Assembly: GCF_006345805.1 (NCBI RefSeq)
Contig: NC_042997.1
Coordinates: forward strand, 84,692,001 to 84,756,000
Length of the DNA stretch: 64,000 bases
Direction of reading: 5' to 3'
From: Octopus sinensis
Lineage: Eukaryota
Position 1 is the first letter of the stretch, and every line of letters begins with the position of its first letter. Under the pieces are notes generated by a model that was not told the DNA's origin, did no database searches, and saw nothing but the letters and a program-made list of their open reading frames with translations. A program made the translations under genes and the position numbers. This document shows, in pieces, positions 38,945-52,300 of the stretch.

Positions 38945-39797
38945 TATATATATAAATAAGTAACAAGGATATCCAGAGGTAATGCAGTACGATCGTTTCA
39001 TGCAACTCCATTTGACTGAACAATGTAATGATTGCATTGTTCAATTAAATGGAGTTGACAGTCTATATCGTAGTTCAATTCAGAAAACCAATAAAGGAAA
39101 ACTTATAAATAAATATAAAATAATTTGGGCTTTACGACACAGACATACATACACATCATACGCGTATATATAGATATATATATCTATATATAATAATATA
39201 TATATATATATTATACATGTATGCATGTATGTATGTATACATATATATATACATGTATATGTGTTATATATATATATTTATGTATAAACAGCCCTCATCG
39301 TTTGTTTTCACTGTCTTATTCTCTTTGTTCTGTCTTTTACTCTTTTTACTTTTATTGTTCTTACTGTCCTGTTCTTGTTACTACTTTTACCCCTCCGTAA
39401 AAAATATCAAATTTTATTTAATTTGCTTTGCGGGAAGGATTGTTTCAACGAAGTCGCGTCTTGTCCTTACCTTAGAAACGTGGAGTAGACGAAATAGGGA
39501 CAATTGAAGAAGGGGAATATTCCTTGTGTTGTATGTCTTGTATTCTGTTTTTTCGTTGTTCGAAAAAAAAGTCTATTTCCGTGTTTTTGTTTTTATGTTA
39601 TCGTTTATTATCGTGTTCAAGGTTTTTCTGGTGTCCTGTACCCATATATGCATGTATATATACATATAGATGTAGGTATGTGCATATATGTAAGTATATA
39701 TGTATATACTTATATATTATTTTATTATTATATGATCAACGCCACGCATCCTTTTCCAAGTAAGTTTTTATCTATCTATCTATCTATCTATCTATTC

Positions 39798-39893
<96 letters not shown>

Positions 39894-40466
39894 TATATAT
39901 AATATATATATATATATATATGTGTGTGTGGTGTGTGTGTGTGTATGTAGAATGGCGAATCATACATTTTTAATCCACTTATGCATTTCCGGATGGATGG
40001 GTAAATTACATAATTCTGCGATCTAGTAATAATGCTGATTAATGGATCTCATATTTGGTCGGCTAAGAATCTCCAGAGACTAAGAAACTATCCTATCCTT
40101 ATCAAAGCTAAACCACTCTTATTCTAAATTTATTCGGTGCTCGAAATTTGGATTTACAAATTTGACAGACAGCTGAAAGTATATTTACGGCCTACATGAA
40201 TTACAAAGGCTTTCAGTTGACAATTTAGTTAGCTAAGTTTGCTATCTGCAGAGTGGTTTTAAAGTATTCACCTGTATTTTTATCCCTGTTTCCTTTGTAT
40301 GTATATATATATATATGTATGTATTATGTATGTATGTATGTATACACACACACACACACATATATATTTATCAATTTGCCTACACGGTTTTATACTGCGG
40401 CCATTAGCATTATTATTTGGTTTTAATAATAATGTTCTCGTGCGCGCGTGTGTATGTGTGTGTGTA

Positions 40467-40497
<31 letters not shown>

Positions 40498-40606
40498 CAT
40501 TATTCAGTTTTATTTCAAGATTTCTGGCCAATAGAGAAAGAGCTGTCTTCTAACCCAGATCCCAAACTCTTTCATTGGAATTTCAACATCAACACGGTAT
40601 TTTTTG

Positions 40607-40638
<32 letters not shown>

Positions 40639-40692
40639 TGTATGTATGTATGTATGTATGTATGCATGTATGTTTGTATGTATGTATGTATG

Positions 40693-40768
<76 letters not shown>

Positions 40769-40809
40769 CATCTGTATATCTATCTATCCATCTGTCTATC
40801 TATCTATGC

Positions 40810-41935
40810 ATGCAAGTATTAAGAAACTATGCACCAATTATTATTGATATAATGTGGATTTGTAATCCGGATATAGAAGCTGGAAGTTTCGAAGCAGTTG
40901 GCCATAATCATCTTTTTTCTCTTTGATTTTCAAAAAAATATTCACATCAGCAGGACAGCTGACCTCTATGACGGTACATACTTTTTTGTTTGTCCCAAAC
41001 AACAATATCCAGCTTGTTATGTTTACACTTGACAAATGTTTTAATGGGAATGTTCTGCCAGTATTTCTTCTGTTGATGTTTGAGTACGTATTCAATAACA
41101 AGAAGGATTCTCTGTATTTATTCCAAAACACTCTTTTTTTCCGAATGGCATTATATACTGATGTGTCTGGGGAGAGTCATTTTCTTTTTGTGCCTTATAA
41201 TTTAACACACTCACCAGTAAAAATTCCACTTATTTCCTTCTTTATTTTTCTAAAATTTTCATTGCGCCTTGCAACCTTTTCAAGACTATTGAAAAGGTTG
41301 CATGACGCAACGAAAAGTTTCAGACAACTGCTTATGATGTGGCTGATACCTTCTGTGTTAAATCCACAAAGTCTGCATCGGTTGTCATATTTTATTGCTT
41401 TTTCTGCATCTCTATCCTTTTCATACATCAGGTATTTGGTTGATATTTCCTGATCCTGGATTGCAAACGCATACCCTTCAAAGTTGGAGGTAGTCTGCTT
41501 ATTGGTCCATGATAAACAACTTTGATGATCGATCTTACTATCATCTTGGAGCTTTCTACCAACACATCCATGCAGTCTTCTGCTCATATAGTCTCATCCT
41601 TTCATCAGATGATATGTTGGGGTAGAGTCGTGCAGCTGCTGTGGGCATGTATTCTAGGTTATCAGACAATGTTGCTCAAGGAGCTGCTTTCTAAATCTTA
41701 TGATGTTATCAGCTTCATGCATGCAAACTTGGTCAAGGGATGTACTTCGACACTTGGTGGTTAGAAGATGCTGCCGAAGGGATATGATGCGACATTCAAA
41801 GGCATTTTGGATCGATGTTAAACCTCTGCCGCCTGGTTTTCGTTTAAGGTAGAGGCAGTCTACGTCACTATTTATGTGGAAAGTATGTGCTTGTTAGTAT
41901 TTTTCGGGGTTTCACACCAATGGCTCGGGTCACAA
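40810..41935 (-). mobile_element. Decayed R4-clade-like RLE non-LTR fragment (second family)
   Basis: DCLYLKRKPGGRGLTSIQNAFECRI, EGYAFAIQDQEIST, CRLCGFNTEGISHIISSC, IEVSCPADVNI...EKKDDYGQLLRNFQLLYPDY. Confidence 0.85.
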
Positions 41936-42993
41936 ATGTTGGTATGTATCTGTGTATGTATTTATACATGCATGTATGTTTGTTTGTGCGTGTGCGTGTG
42001 TGTGTATGTGTGTGTGTAAACATGTAAGTTTCCTTCTATTTATCTTACGTACACGAAATACAGTATATACAATTTCTGCCTGTAGAATATGTATGTTTGT
42101 CTGCAAATGTACATATATATATGCCTATATGTATAAGTATATATATAATATACTCACGTACATGCGCACACACATACATACGTTCATGTATATACGTTTA
42201 CAGCTTAAAACGTTCTGTTACTCATCTTCTATATGCTCTCAGTCAATTATTCACTCAAGCAATCCCCTCTCTCTCTCTCTCTTCCTTTCTTTCTTCCTCT
42301 CTCTCTTCCTTTCTTTCTTCCTCTACCTCTTTCTTTCTCTCTTTCTCCCCATTAACCAATTATCAACTTCTTTGTTTACTCCTGCTCTCTCATACCATTC
42401 GCTCTATTGCTTTTACTACATTTTCGATTTCACTTTCACTGTCGTTCTATATTCATCACTATTTATCACTCACTGTTATAAGTCTCACAATATCACACTT
42501 ACTCTGACCCTCTCACACTATCACTTTCAGCCTACCACCCTATTATCATCACCCTGTCTCTCCATAATTACTGTTACCCTATGACTCTCATTCTGTCACC
42601 CTCGCTGTGCCACTCTCCCACTATCACTCACAAAATCCCAAACACTATCATAACATTTTATTGTTTTTGATTTCTGTTCCTCTCACCTTCTCTTTTCGTT
42701 TTCCCCCAAAACAGCCATACATAAGTCCATCCGTTTCTCTCCATCTATCTGTTTTCTCTCTCTCTCAACCCTCTATCTGTCTGTCTGTCTCTCTCTCTCT
42801 CTCTATCACTCTCTTGCTTAACGACCAATTTTCGATATAAATGCCAAGACCATCAATTCGATTTTAACTTCCTCCATAATTAGTATCAAAATGACCACCT
42901 CCCGCACGCTATATTTTTCCATCTATCTATCTAGACACACACACACACAACACACATATATGTATATAGTTATATGTATGAACATATTATGTG

Positions 42994-43034
<41 letters not shown>

Positions 43035-43039
<5 letters not shown>

Positions 43040-43220
43040 GGTGGTGCAAAAAAGAAAACACGTACAGTAGTCATTTATTTTTACCAAAAAATTAAAAGTT
43101 ACGATAAAAGTACTATTATAGTTATGGTGTATTATTATGATTAATGACACTGAAAATATCAAAAATGAGACTAATTTAATGTGCTAATAATTTTAATGAA
43201 TTAAGTATTATACCATTGAT
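43035..43220 (+). mobile_element. Possible left end of a Tc1/mariner-type element
   Basis: TA|CAGGGTGGTGCAAAA directly after (TA)n; no matching right TIR found. Confidence 0.35.
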
Positions 43221-43844
43221 GTGATAATATACATATATGTGTGTGCGTGTGCGTGTGCGTGTGTGTGTGTGTATGTATGTATGCATATACCCACCACACA
43301 TAACTTCATCAACATTCTTATCTCTCCATCTGTCTTAATGGCCAACTAGCCATCTACTCATCAATCTAGAAAAACGTCAAAATGTCCAAATATTTAAAAT
43401 ATTCTTGTTCAGTTCGTCTAACTGTTCTTCTATCCTATCACCCTTCTACATATTTATAGAGAGCAATGATCCAAACAACCATAGATGCATCTTCTTGCCT
43501 CCAAATCCATCCAAACTTCTAACGCTGCAATATGTTTTTACTATCTATACAATTGTCAAACCCATGCAATTATCTTTGCAATCCATCCTACCCGTGTTAC
43601 CATTCCCCCGTTCTCTGTTACCATTCGTCCGTCCCCTGTTACTATTCGTCCGCCCCCTCTATTTAGAGTGCTATACATCCATTCATCCAAACTATGTGAG
43701 AGCCAACCATCTAATAACAAGTCCCGCTAATCATTCGACCATCAAATACATTTCGTCAGCTATGGTAGCCGTCAAACCATCCAATTAGCCAACAATTTAT
43801 CACAACCATCAAACCATTGATCCAATCTATTTTCTATCTATTCA

Positions 43845-43985
43845 GCCAACCAACCAACCAACCAACCAACCAACCAACCAACCAACCAACCAGCCAACCA
43901 ACCAACCAACCTACCGACTGAACAGCCGACCAACCAACCAACCGACTGACCAACCAGCCGACCAACCGACTGACTGACCAACCAA
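43845..43985. repeat. (CCAA)n tetranucleotide repeat grading into CCGA/CTGA variants
   Basis: Direct reading. Confidence 0.93.
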
Positions 43986-44141
43986 CTTAAGAATAAGTCA
44001 TGAATCAAGTTAACCATTTAACTACCTCGTCCCGTTTTTTTTCTTTCACCATCTGTCGAACCGTCAAAGCCATCCAATCAACTCACAATAGAAAACTCAA
44101 AGAATGTAACGAGCTGGCCACCTAATATATCCTTATTATTA

Positions 44142-44214
<73 letters not shown>

Positions 44215-44222
44215 TCTCTTGT

Positions 44223-44415
44223 AAGGTGGCGAGCTGGCAGAATCGTTAGCGCGTTCGACGATATGCTTAGCGGTATTTCGTTCAAATTACGCCGAGGTCG
44301 ACTTTGTCTTTTATCCTTTCGTGGTCGATTAAATAAGTACCAGTTACGCACTGGAGTCGACTGGCCATCTTCCACCAAATTTCAGGCATTGTGCCTATAG
44401 TAAAAAGGAATATTG
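44223..44415 (+). mobile_element. SINE family A
   Basis: AAGGTGGCGAGCTGGCAGAATCGTTAGC...GCCGAGGTCGACTTTG. Confidence 0.9.
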
Positions 44416-44451
44416 TTATTTTTTCTCCTCGTATTAATTGTTTTCTACTAA

Positions 44452-44654
44452 AGGCATAAGGCCTGAAATTTTGAGGGTGGGGTAAGTCGATTACTTCGAC
44501 CCCAGTACTCAACTAATATTTAATTTCTCGACCCCTAAAGGGATGAAAGGTAAATTTGACCTCAGTGGAATTTGAACTCAAATCGTAAAGACGGATGAAA
44601 TGCGGCTAAGCATTTCCCCCCGGTGTACTAACGATTCTGACAGCGCGCCGCCTT
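44452..44654 (-). mobile_element. SINE family A (tail-to-tail with the previous copy)
   Basis: GGGATGAAAGGTAAATTTGACCTCAGTGGAATTTGAACTC...GCGCCGCCTT. Confidence 0.88.
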
Positions 44655-45230
44655 CTTGTATTAATTAATAATGATAATTTTTAACACAAGGTCAGCAATT
44701 TGTGATGAGGGAGTAGTCAGTTATATCGGTTCCAATCCTCGGCTTGTAATTTAAGGTTGAAGACAAATATGACCTTGACGGGATGAGAACTTAAAACGTA
44801 ATGGAATTACATCATCAGTCTTCAATTTTCAAGTTTACAACAGGCAAAAAATAAAAATAAAAAAATAAAAGAGAAAAAAGAAAACAAACCAAAAAGAAAA
44901 ATAGGAAGAATATTTAATCAAACAGTTTTGTGTAAATATGATGAAATTCTCCTGTCATTTTATTCATTCCTCCAGGGCATGATGATAATAACTCGCAAAT
45001 ATATTTCTCCTCATGCATTTTGAGTACTGAAAGTGTAGCAGATTCAGAATATTTTCTGAGAATATGCAATTTCAAGTCTTTTTCAAAACTGCAGCCGTTT
45101 GATGTAAAATGTTCGGCAAGTTCTGTCGAACTACTGCTATTGTGCCTGACGTCATATTTGTGCCCATTCAGTCAATTTGCGTTTCGTGCATTAGTCACCT
45201 TGTTTTTCTTGGCCGATCTAAATAGTCTCC

Positions 45231-46322
45231 CTTAGATCTTAGATCATCCAGTACTGTCAGCATAACGGGAAACGAGCTTTCTCCGAACAGACCGATTATT
45301 CGCCTTTCTCCTGGAACCACTTGGGCCAACCTCCTATCACTATCATGTCATCTCGTAACGTATTGCCCCACGTCTTCCTCGGTCTACCTCTGGGTCTTTT
45401 CCTCCTTCGTGCGTCCACTCCATCACGAAAGTACCATGTCTCTCCTACGGTAACAGAAGCGCATGACAAGTAAACCGCATCCACCCCTTAGTCACCTTGT
45501 TCAGAAAACTTCCCACGCTAGCTCTTCTCATCACTTCTTTGTTTCTCATTTTGTCCAGGTAAGAGATGCTGAGGATTGAACGTTGATAACGTTGATGGAA
45601 CATGTCAAGCATGTGAAAGATCTTTGCTGTCTTCTTCCATGTTTCACAGGCGTGGTTGGCTGTTAGTATAACAATAGATGAGGATAACTGCAGCTTTATT
45701 TTTCTTGTCGATGGTCTTCAATCTTCACATTGGACGAAGGCGGTGAAATACTTATTTCTTTACTACCCACAAGGGGCTAAACACAGAGGGGACAAACAAG
45801 GACATACAAACGGATTAAGTCGATTACATCGACCCCAGTACGAAACTGGTACTTTATTTATCGACCCCGAAAGGATGAAAGGCAAAGTCGACCTCGGCGG
45901 AATTTGAACTCAGAACGTAACGACAGACGAAATACCACTAAGCATTTCGCCTGGCATGCTAACGACTCTGCCAGCTCGCCGCCTTTTATAGGCAGTGAAA
46001 TACTGACATTGATTTACTCATCCTGGTTTTGACTTCAACTTCTGCATCACTTTCGTCAGAAATTCAGCTTCTCGATGTACTCGATTTCGTCTCATCCAAG
46101 ATTGACAAGTTATGCTTTGGCGGCACGAACTAACATGGCTTTGGTCTTTTCAGTGCTAATGCGCAGCCCTACTTTCGCCCCCAAACTGTGTCGGCTGTTA
46201 TGGCCAGATGCGTATCTCTATCGGAGCTTACTAATGCCAAGTCGTCTTCGAAATCCAAATCCTTTAGTTTGTTCAGTCAACACGTTATGCCAAAACTGGC
46301 ACTATCCATTGCTTTCTGCAAT
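45231..46322 (-). mobile_element. Decayed RTE-clade LINE, RT motif 5 to 3' end, interrupted by a SINE
   Basis: LKDLDFEDDLALVS, AKVGLRISTEKTK, YACETWKKT, RGRPRKTW, (CTAAGAT)2 tail. Confidence 0.85.
45753..45989 (-). mobile_element. SINE family A, full length, with 15-bp TSD
   Basis: TSD AGGCGGTGAAATACT (45738-45752) / AGGCAGTGAAATACT (45990-46004). Confidence 0.93.
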
Positions 46323-46324
46323 CA

Positions 46325-46893
46325 CTATCAGGAACAGAAACGATGACAAGAGGCTCCAACAAAGAAATGTGGAATACAGCAGAGACATGTACTTGTATCA
46401 ACAAAAGGAAGCAGAACGAATCAAAGCGTGATCAATGGAAGCTCTTTGATGAAGATTATCGGAGAATTGATCACGAAGTGAAGAAAATGCGCAGAAGAAA
46501 TAAGCAGCAGTGGCAAGAAAAGAAAAGTATGGAACGTAGGAAGCTGCAGACAGAAACGGCTCACAAGCTCTATATCAGATTATGTGCGAAGTTAACAAGT
46601 GCAATGAGTAACTCCAGTGTACTGATCAAGGTTAAGGATGGTAAAGTGCTTACAACGAAAGAGGAACAAGGAACGTATAGGAAAGACCATTTTCTAGAAG
46701 TTTTCACTCAGCCGATTCTAGTGACTACCTTTGAAATGGGCAACGAACTGAACGTCAACATGACTGATATAACAGCAGAGGTAGTGGACATGGCAATAGC
46801 AGTTAGAAGAACAACAAAGCAGCTGGCATGGATGAAAACCTGCTGAACCGTTGAAGCACGGCTAGGAAAGCAGTTGTACAATATATGAAACAC
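46325..46893 (+). mobile_element. RTE LINE endonuclease-RT linker fragment, inverted relative to the adjacent RT part
   Basis: ORF 46343-46846: DYRRIDHEVKKMRRRNK, IKVKDGKVLTTKEEQ; then EPLKHG. Confidence 0.8.
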
Positions 46894-46894
46894 G

Positions 46895-47012
46895 ATCTTA
46901 TATAGCGTTAGTGAGTCGTTTCTGTCTGCAGTTTCTTGAGCTTCCATATCTTTCTTTCCCAACTTGTCTCCTCTGCACATCTTTACTTCCTGATCAATTG
47001 TAAGTCTGCCGG
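46895..47012 (-). mobile_element. Short second copy of the RTE linker region
   Basis: Reverse complement aligns to ~46460-46580 (ATTGATCA.GAAGT, CTGCAGACAGAAACG). Confidence 0.7.
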
Positions 47013-47839
47013 AATCGAAATTCCCATGCAACCACTGCCATTTCCATTGCTATTACGACATCAGATATTATCTTAATCGCATTTCAGAACAATTTCTGGA
47101 AACGAATATATCCTGATATTGGCAACATTCTTTTATTACACAGGCTGGAGTAGATAGTGAAAATAGAGGATCTCTCTATTTTTAGATAGAATTCGAATCT
47201 TTGTATATTTAAATGAATCTTCGTATAATCGAATGAAATATGAATCCTGGTGTTAGATCTGCTCTTAGACACGAAAATATGATAGTTCTTCACTTTGGTT
47301 TGATATGGCTATCGTTGTTACTCATATTTCTACAGCGTCAAATGTTCCGCTGTCGTGTGTGATATTATATTGATATTTCATTTGGCGAAATTTTCTGTGC
47401 TTCTACAAAATATAATTGCATTGAGAGATATACTATGGAATATTTTTTGTTAAACTTCCCCTTAGTAGAGCATTGTTTTGCATAGAACTAACAGCAAATA
47501 GACAAAATGAAATGGTACAATACAACAGTGTCATATTGATGATTTGTTGATCTACCACAAAGAAAAGTCTCTATATACGCCTTCGTGGGTGAAAATATTT
47601 TAAAAATGGAATACGGGATTACATCACAATCGCTGGAACTGCCAAGTGAACATATAAATACGTTCTCCAGATTTCTTTACGTTTGTGCGACAAGGTATAA
47701 ACACCTGGATTCTGGGATATAAAATTAAGAAATTATGATCTATATTAATATCCATATTTGTATTTCGATCTCTATTTTCAAGTATAATTAGGCTTGTTGT
47801 GTGCGTATGAGAAGTCGTGTAAGCGTGTGTCTATCTATC

Positions 47840-47914
<75 letters not shown>

Positions 47915-48962
47915 GTATGTATGTATGTATGTATGTGTATATAATATATATATATATTTATATATATAGCGAGAGAGAGAAAGTGAGAGAGATAAATAAA
48001 TAGATAGACAGACACGCGCATGTATGGTAATATTAACAGTACTTTACTACTGAATACATTATATAGCCTTCATCCTTTCGTGTTTAAAACTACCGAGCAC
48101 GGACATAAAAACCAGTTTCATATTGCCTTTACATTTCTTAGAGATACTTATCATACAAGGTTAGTCTTCAGTTACACGGAGTTCATAAGAATAAAATGAC
48201 AGTCGTGATCAATCCAACGTTTCAACACTAAACTTAGAAATACCATTGTAATATGTAAGCAAGAGTAAAAAATAAACAAACGTAACACGAAGTTTTATCG
48301 GTTTATCGAAATACAACGAGCAACCAGAAACCAGAACTTGTGATTTACGAGTAAAACAAACCTATTCAGAAACTCTACACATTTTGTTTACAACGACAAA
48401 ATTACAGTTTGAAATTCTATCCAACAACAGCTTCAGTAAATCCAAGAATTTTTACTATCCTCCGGTGAAAGATTAATGCTGTGCTTAACCTATAAAGAAA
48501 CCATGCTGTTTTATTTGAAGTGTAGGCACGTGACTCACGAAAGAGGACGAGAGAGAAAGAGAGAGAGAGACGTGGTGAGTGAGAGAGCGGAGGAGAAAGA
48601 GATTGAATGTTTATTATAATATTGTTGTGAAATATGGGATTGTTTAACCGAAACCCGCATATGGGGCTCAAATTTTCAATTGTGTCTTACTCCATTAAGA
48701 GAGTATAAGGAATATTTATATATAAACATATAAACTCCAGTCTTGGCATCTTCAGAAAATAAAAATCTTCAGTATGCATGTTGTATGGTATGTATGTATG
48801 TATGTATGTATGTATGTATGTATGTATGTATGTATGTATGTATGTATGTATGTATGTATGCATGCATGTATGTATGTATTTACGTATGTATCTGTCTGTA
48901 TATATGTACACATATACACGTACACACATATATATCCGTATATGTAAAAATACATATGCCAG

Positions 48963-48994
<32 letters not shown>

Positions 48995-49115
48995 ATATAT
49001 AACTTGTAATATCTAGGGCATTTCGGATAAACTAGAATTATATACATAGCTAAACGAGAATTCTAAATTTCAAGTGGAGGCAGGGGATAATGTGAATAAT
49101 AAAATAATAATAATA

Positions 49116-49171
<56 letters not shown>

Positions 49172-49847
49172 TAAAGAAAGAAAACAAACAAAAAAAGAAA
49201 AACCATAAATAACTGACAATTTTCTTGAATAAATTCTTGTTAATTACTTATGGCAGAAAGTTTTGATTACTTAAAACACCCGATACATATAACCGTTTTA
49301 TTTTATTCTTTTACTTTTTCTTAATTAGAATTCGTTTCTTAATTTCAACACGCATTTCTTACTGGCTTGAGAATTATGACACTTCAATACATGCATAACA
49401 TACACTGGTACAAACAGGGGCATTTGCATGTTTCCTTACTGAAAGAAAAGAAAATACATATACGTGGGCGTACTATTTATCCCTTTCAAACTTTCTGAGT
49501 GCAAGCGTGTGTGTATGCACATGCATAATAGTTGCTCCATCTTCACAGATGATTGTCGTCTCCTTGTGCTTCCTTTGCAAGTTTGTCAATGACATTTCTG
49601 ACTTTCCGTCCATGATCTCTCAGATGACTGTTTATTCAGTCTCGTTTACAGATCTGCATCGTTTGAAGCAAAGATGGCAGACGGAAATGATAACTTACTG
49701 TGCGCTTCCGACTGGCTCGATCTGCACACGTCGCCATTCTTCTATCGACATAGGACTTCCAACAGATGGGATGAGAAATGAGGTTACCATAAAGAGACAT
49801 TTGAACATACATACATACGTACACATACAAACACACACACACACACA

Positions 49848-49896
<49 letters not shown>

Positions 49897-49911
49897 TACG
49901 TACACGCATGC

Positions 49912-50189
49912 ACAGCGCGGTTGTGTTGTAAGTATGTTGCTTCCTAACCACATGATTCCGAGTTCAATCCTACAGCGTGAAACCTTGGGAAAGTGTTTCC
50001 TATTATAGCCTCGAGCCGACCAAAGGCTTGCGAGTGGATTTGGGAGACGGAAACTGAAAGAAGCCTGTCGTTTATATGTGTGTGTGTGTATGTGTTTATT
50101 ATATATATTCATATATAATACGGAACTAATGTTAACTATCACCTCATGTTTGAGAAATTTAGTTACAAGCCAGTGAGGATAGGGTGCGT

Positions 50190-50244
<55 letters not shown>

Positions 50245-50483
50245 CATGTAAATATTTTCATGTGTATATATCTTTGTATCTGTGTTTGTCACCTCTATTA
50301 TCGCTTGATAACCGGTGTTGGTGTGTTTACATCCCCGTAACCTGGCAGTTCGGCAATAGAGACCGAAGAAGTATGTACCAAGCTTACAAAGAATAGGCTC
50401 TGGCTTCGATTTCTTTGACTAAAAAAACCCTTCAAGGTGGTATTCCAACATGGCCGCAGTGAAATCACTGAAAGAAGTAAAAG

Positions 50484-50486
<3 letters not shown>
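49912..50486 (+). mobile_element. SINE family B, full length, with expanded internal microsatellites
   Basis: Head, core and tail (CAACATGGCCGCAGTGAAATCACTGAAAGAAGTAAAAG) present. Confidence 0.88.
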
Positions 50487-50542
<56 letters not shown>

Positions 50543-50699
50543 AACAATTAAAGGATAAGATCATTAAAATTAATGAATTTTATCAGTGGCCATATAAGAA
50601 AGACACTTGTCAAACTCTGTGTGTGTGTGTGTGTATGTGTGTCTCTCTCTCACTATATATATATATATAATATATATATATATATATTATATATATATC

Positions 50700-50781
50700 A
50701 ATAATACTTAATTGTTCCACGTCCTGCGTTGCTGTGTTTTTTTCTCTGTTTTTCTGTGTTTTCTTGTTTGGATTAACTTTA
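50700..50781 (+). mobile_element. Family H2 end fragment embedded in (TA)n
   Basis: TTGTTCCACGTCCTGCGTTG...TTTGGATTAACTTT is the reverse complement of 27006-27065. Confidence 0.7.
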
Positions 50782-50887
50782 TATATATATATATATAATA
50801 TATATATATTATTAAGGTATGTAGAAAAATACAACATGGACAAGAACGTATAACTCTTAGAAGACGATACAATATATATATAATATA

Positions 50888-50920
<33 letters not shown>

Positions 50921-51227
50921 GTGAGAGAGAGATATACACACATACATACAACAAACACACAGTTTGACAACTGTCAATGTACGAGACCCTCTGACTATAA
51001 CTTCTGATATATATACATATGAGTGGGCGTATCTATTCATCCCTTTCAAATTCTCTCTGTCTCTCTATATATACTGAGTTCTATTTTCCTGTTTGCAGCA
51101 CCAAACATATATATATGGGTGTGCATGTACATATATGGTTAGGGTGTTGCCGAAGCGCTAATTTACGGGAACGTAAACTCACCTACACCTGCCGGTTGTC
51201 AAGCGTTGATGGAGGCTGGAAGGACAG

Positions 51228-51266
<39 letters not shown>

Positions 51267-51268
<2 letters not shown>

Positions 51269-51475
51269 CGGGCAGGTTTACGAAAATAAACAAAAGACGA
51301 AGGCAGGTGGAGTACAAACAAACAATGTATTAGTATGGCGCTCAGGAATAGAAATAAAACAAGTCTTTTACGTTTCGAGCCTACGCTCTTCGACAGAAAG
51401 ATACACAGAAAAGAAACAAGGAGAGAAACAAGGAGAGACAAAAATTGCGTGTAGGGGCTAACGATCCAACACGAC
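51267..51475 (-). mobile_element. Family H2 hammerhead-bearing repeat
   Basis: Starts after (TA)n; homologous to 14690-14828. Confidence 0.7.
51364..51401 (-). ncRNA. Minimal type I hammerhead with a non-canonical A6U core
   Basis: TCTTT CTGTCGA A GAGC-GTAG-GCTC GAAA CG TA AAAGA: perfect stems I and II, palindromic ACGT, GUA cleavage triplet. Confidence 0.7.
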
Positions 51476-51539
51476 GGGTTTCTTTCAGTTTCCATCTGCC
51501 AAATCCACTCACAGGGCTTTGGTCGTCCGAAGACTAAGG

Positions 51540-51760
51540 TGCCATACAACGGATGTATGGCTGGTTGGATTTGGAGTCCATGTACTGTTATTCAAGCATA
51601 AATTAAACCACATACAATGCAGTTTTATGTCGCATGGTAGCATTATCTTTACTCTAAATTTAGTCTCTTCCTTTACCCCATTTCTCACATATGCAAACTT
51701 TGTATCCGTTGTATACATAAGATTTTTTAAAGCCGGGTCTATAGTACTTCACCAGACATG
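51540..51760 (-). mobile_element. Possible highly decayed RTE fragment
   Basis: CICEKW...DNATM weakly resembles YGCETW...RNDASM. Confidence 0.3.
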
Positions 51761-52029
51761 AGAAATGATGTACCTTCGGTTATATTTAAATGATCACTTA
51801 GTCGGTGGTTATCTCCCCTGTCAGTATGTGAAAATGTGCTTTCTTGCGGCTCTAAGTGTTTTTAACTCTTATTTCTTGCAATAATAGGTGCTACCCGGCA
51901 CCCTCAGTTACAATTAGTGACAACTGAATTTTAATTTTTCCTTCTTGATTTTATATTGCTTTTATCTACCGTCGTTATTTTATACACACACACAAAAACA
52001 CACACACATATATTTATAAACAAACATTC

Positions 52030-52062
<33 letters not shown>

Positions 52063-52099
52063 ATCTGTACAGACATTAATATATTTACTGATTTCAAAC

Positions 52100-52300
52100 T
52101 TTAGCTCAAGGCAGGCAATTTTCAGGCAGAGGTAAGTCGGTTACATCCACCCCAGTGCGTAACTGGTACTTATTCTATCAATCCCGAAAGGATGAAAGGC
52201 AAAGTTGACCTCGGCAGATTTTGAGCTCAGAACATGAAGACGGACAAAATGTCGCTAATCATTTCGCTCGGTGTGCTAACGATTCTGCCGGCTCGCCGTT
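52100..52300 (-). mobile_element. SINE family A
   Basis: CTGGTACTTATTCTATCAATCCCGAAAGGATGAAAGGCAAAGTTGACCTCGGC. Confidence 0.88.

Larger units (their letters stand above)
51130..51530 (-). mobile_element. SINE family B remnant split by a family H2 insertion
   Basis: SINE pieces at 51130-51225 and 51472-51530 flank the insert. Confidence 0.75.
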
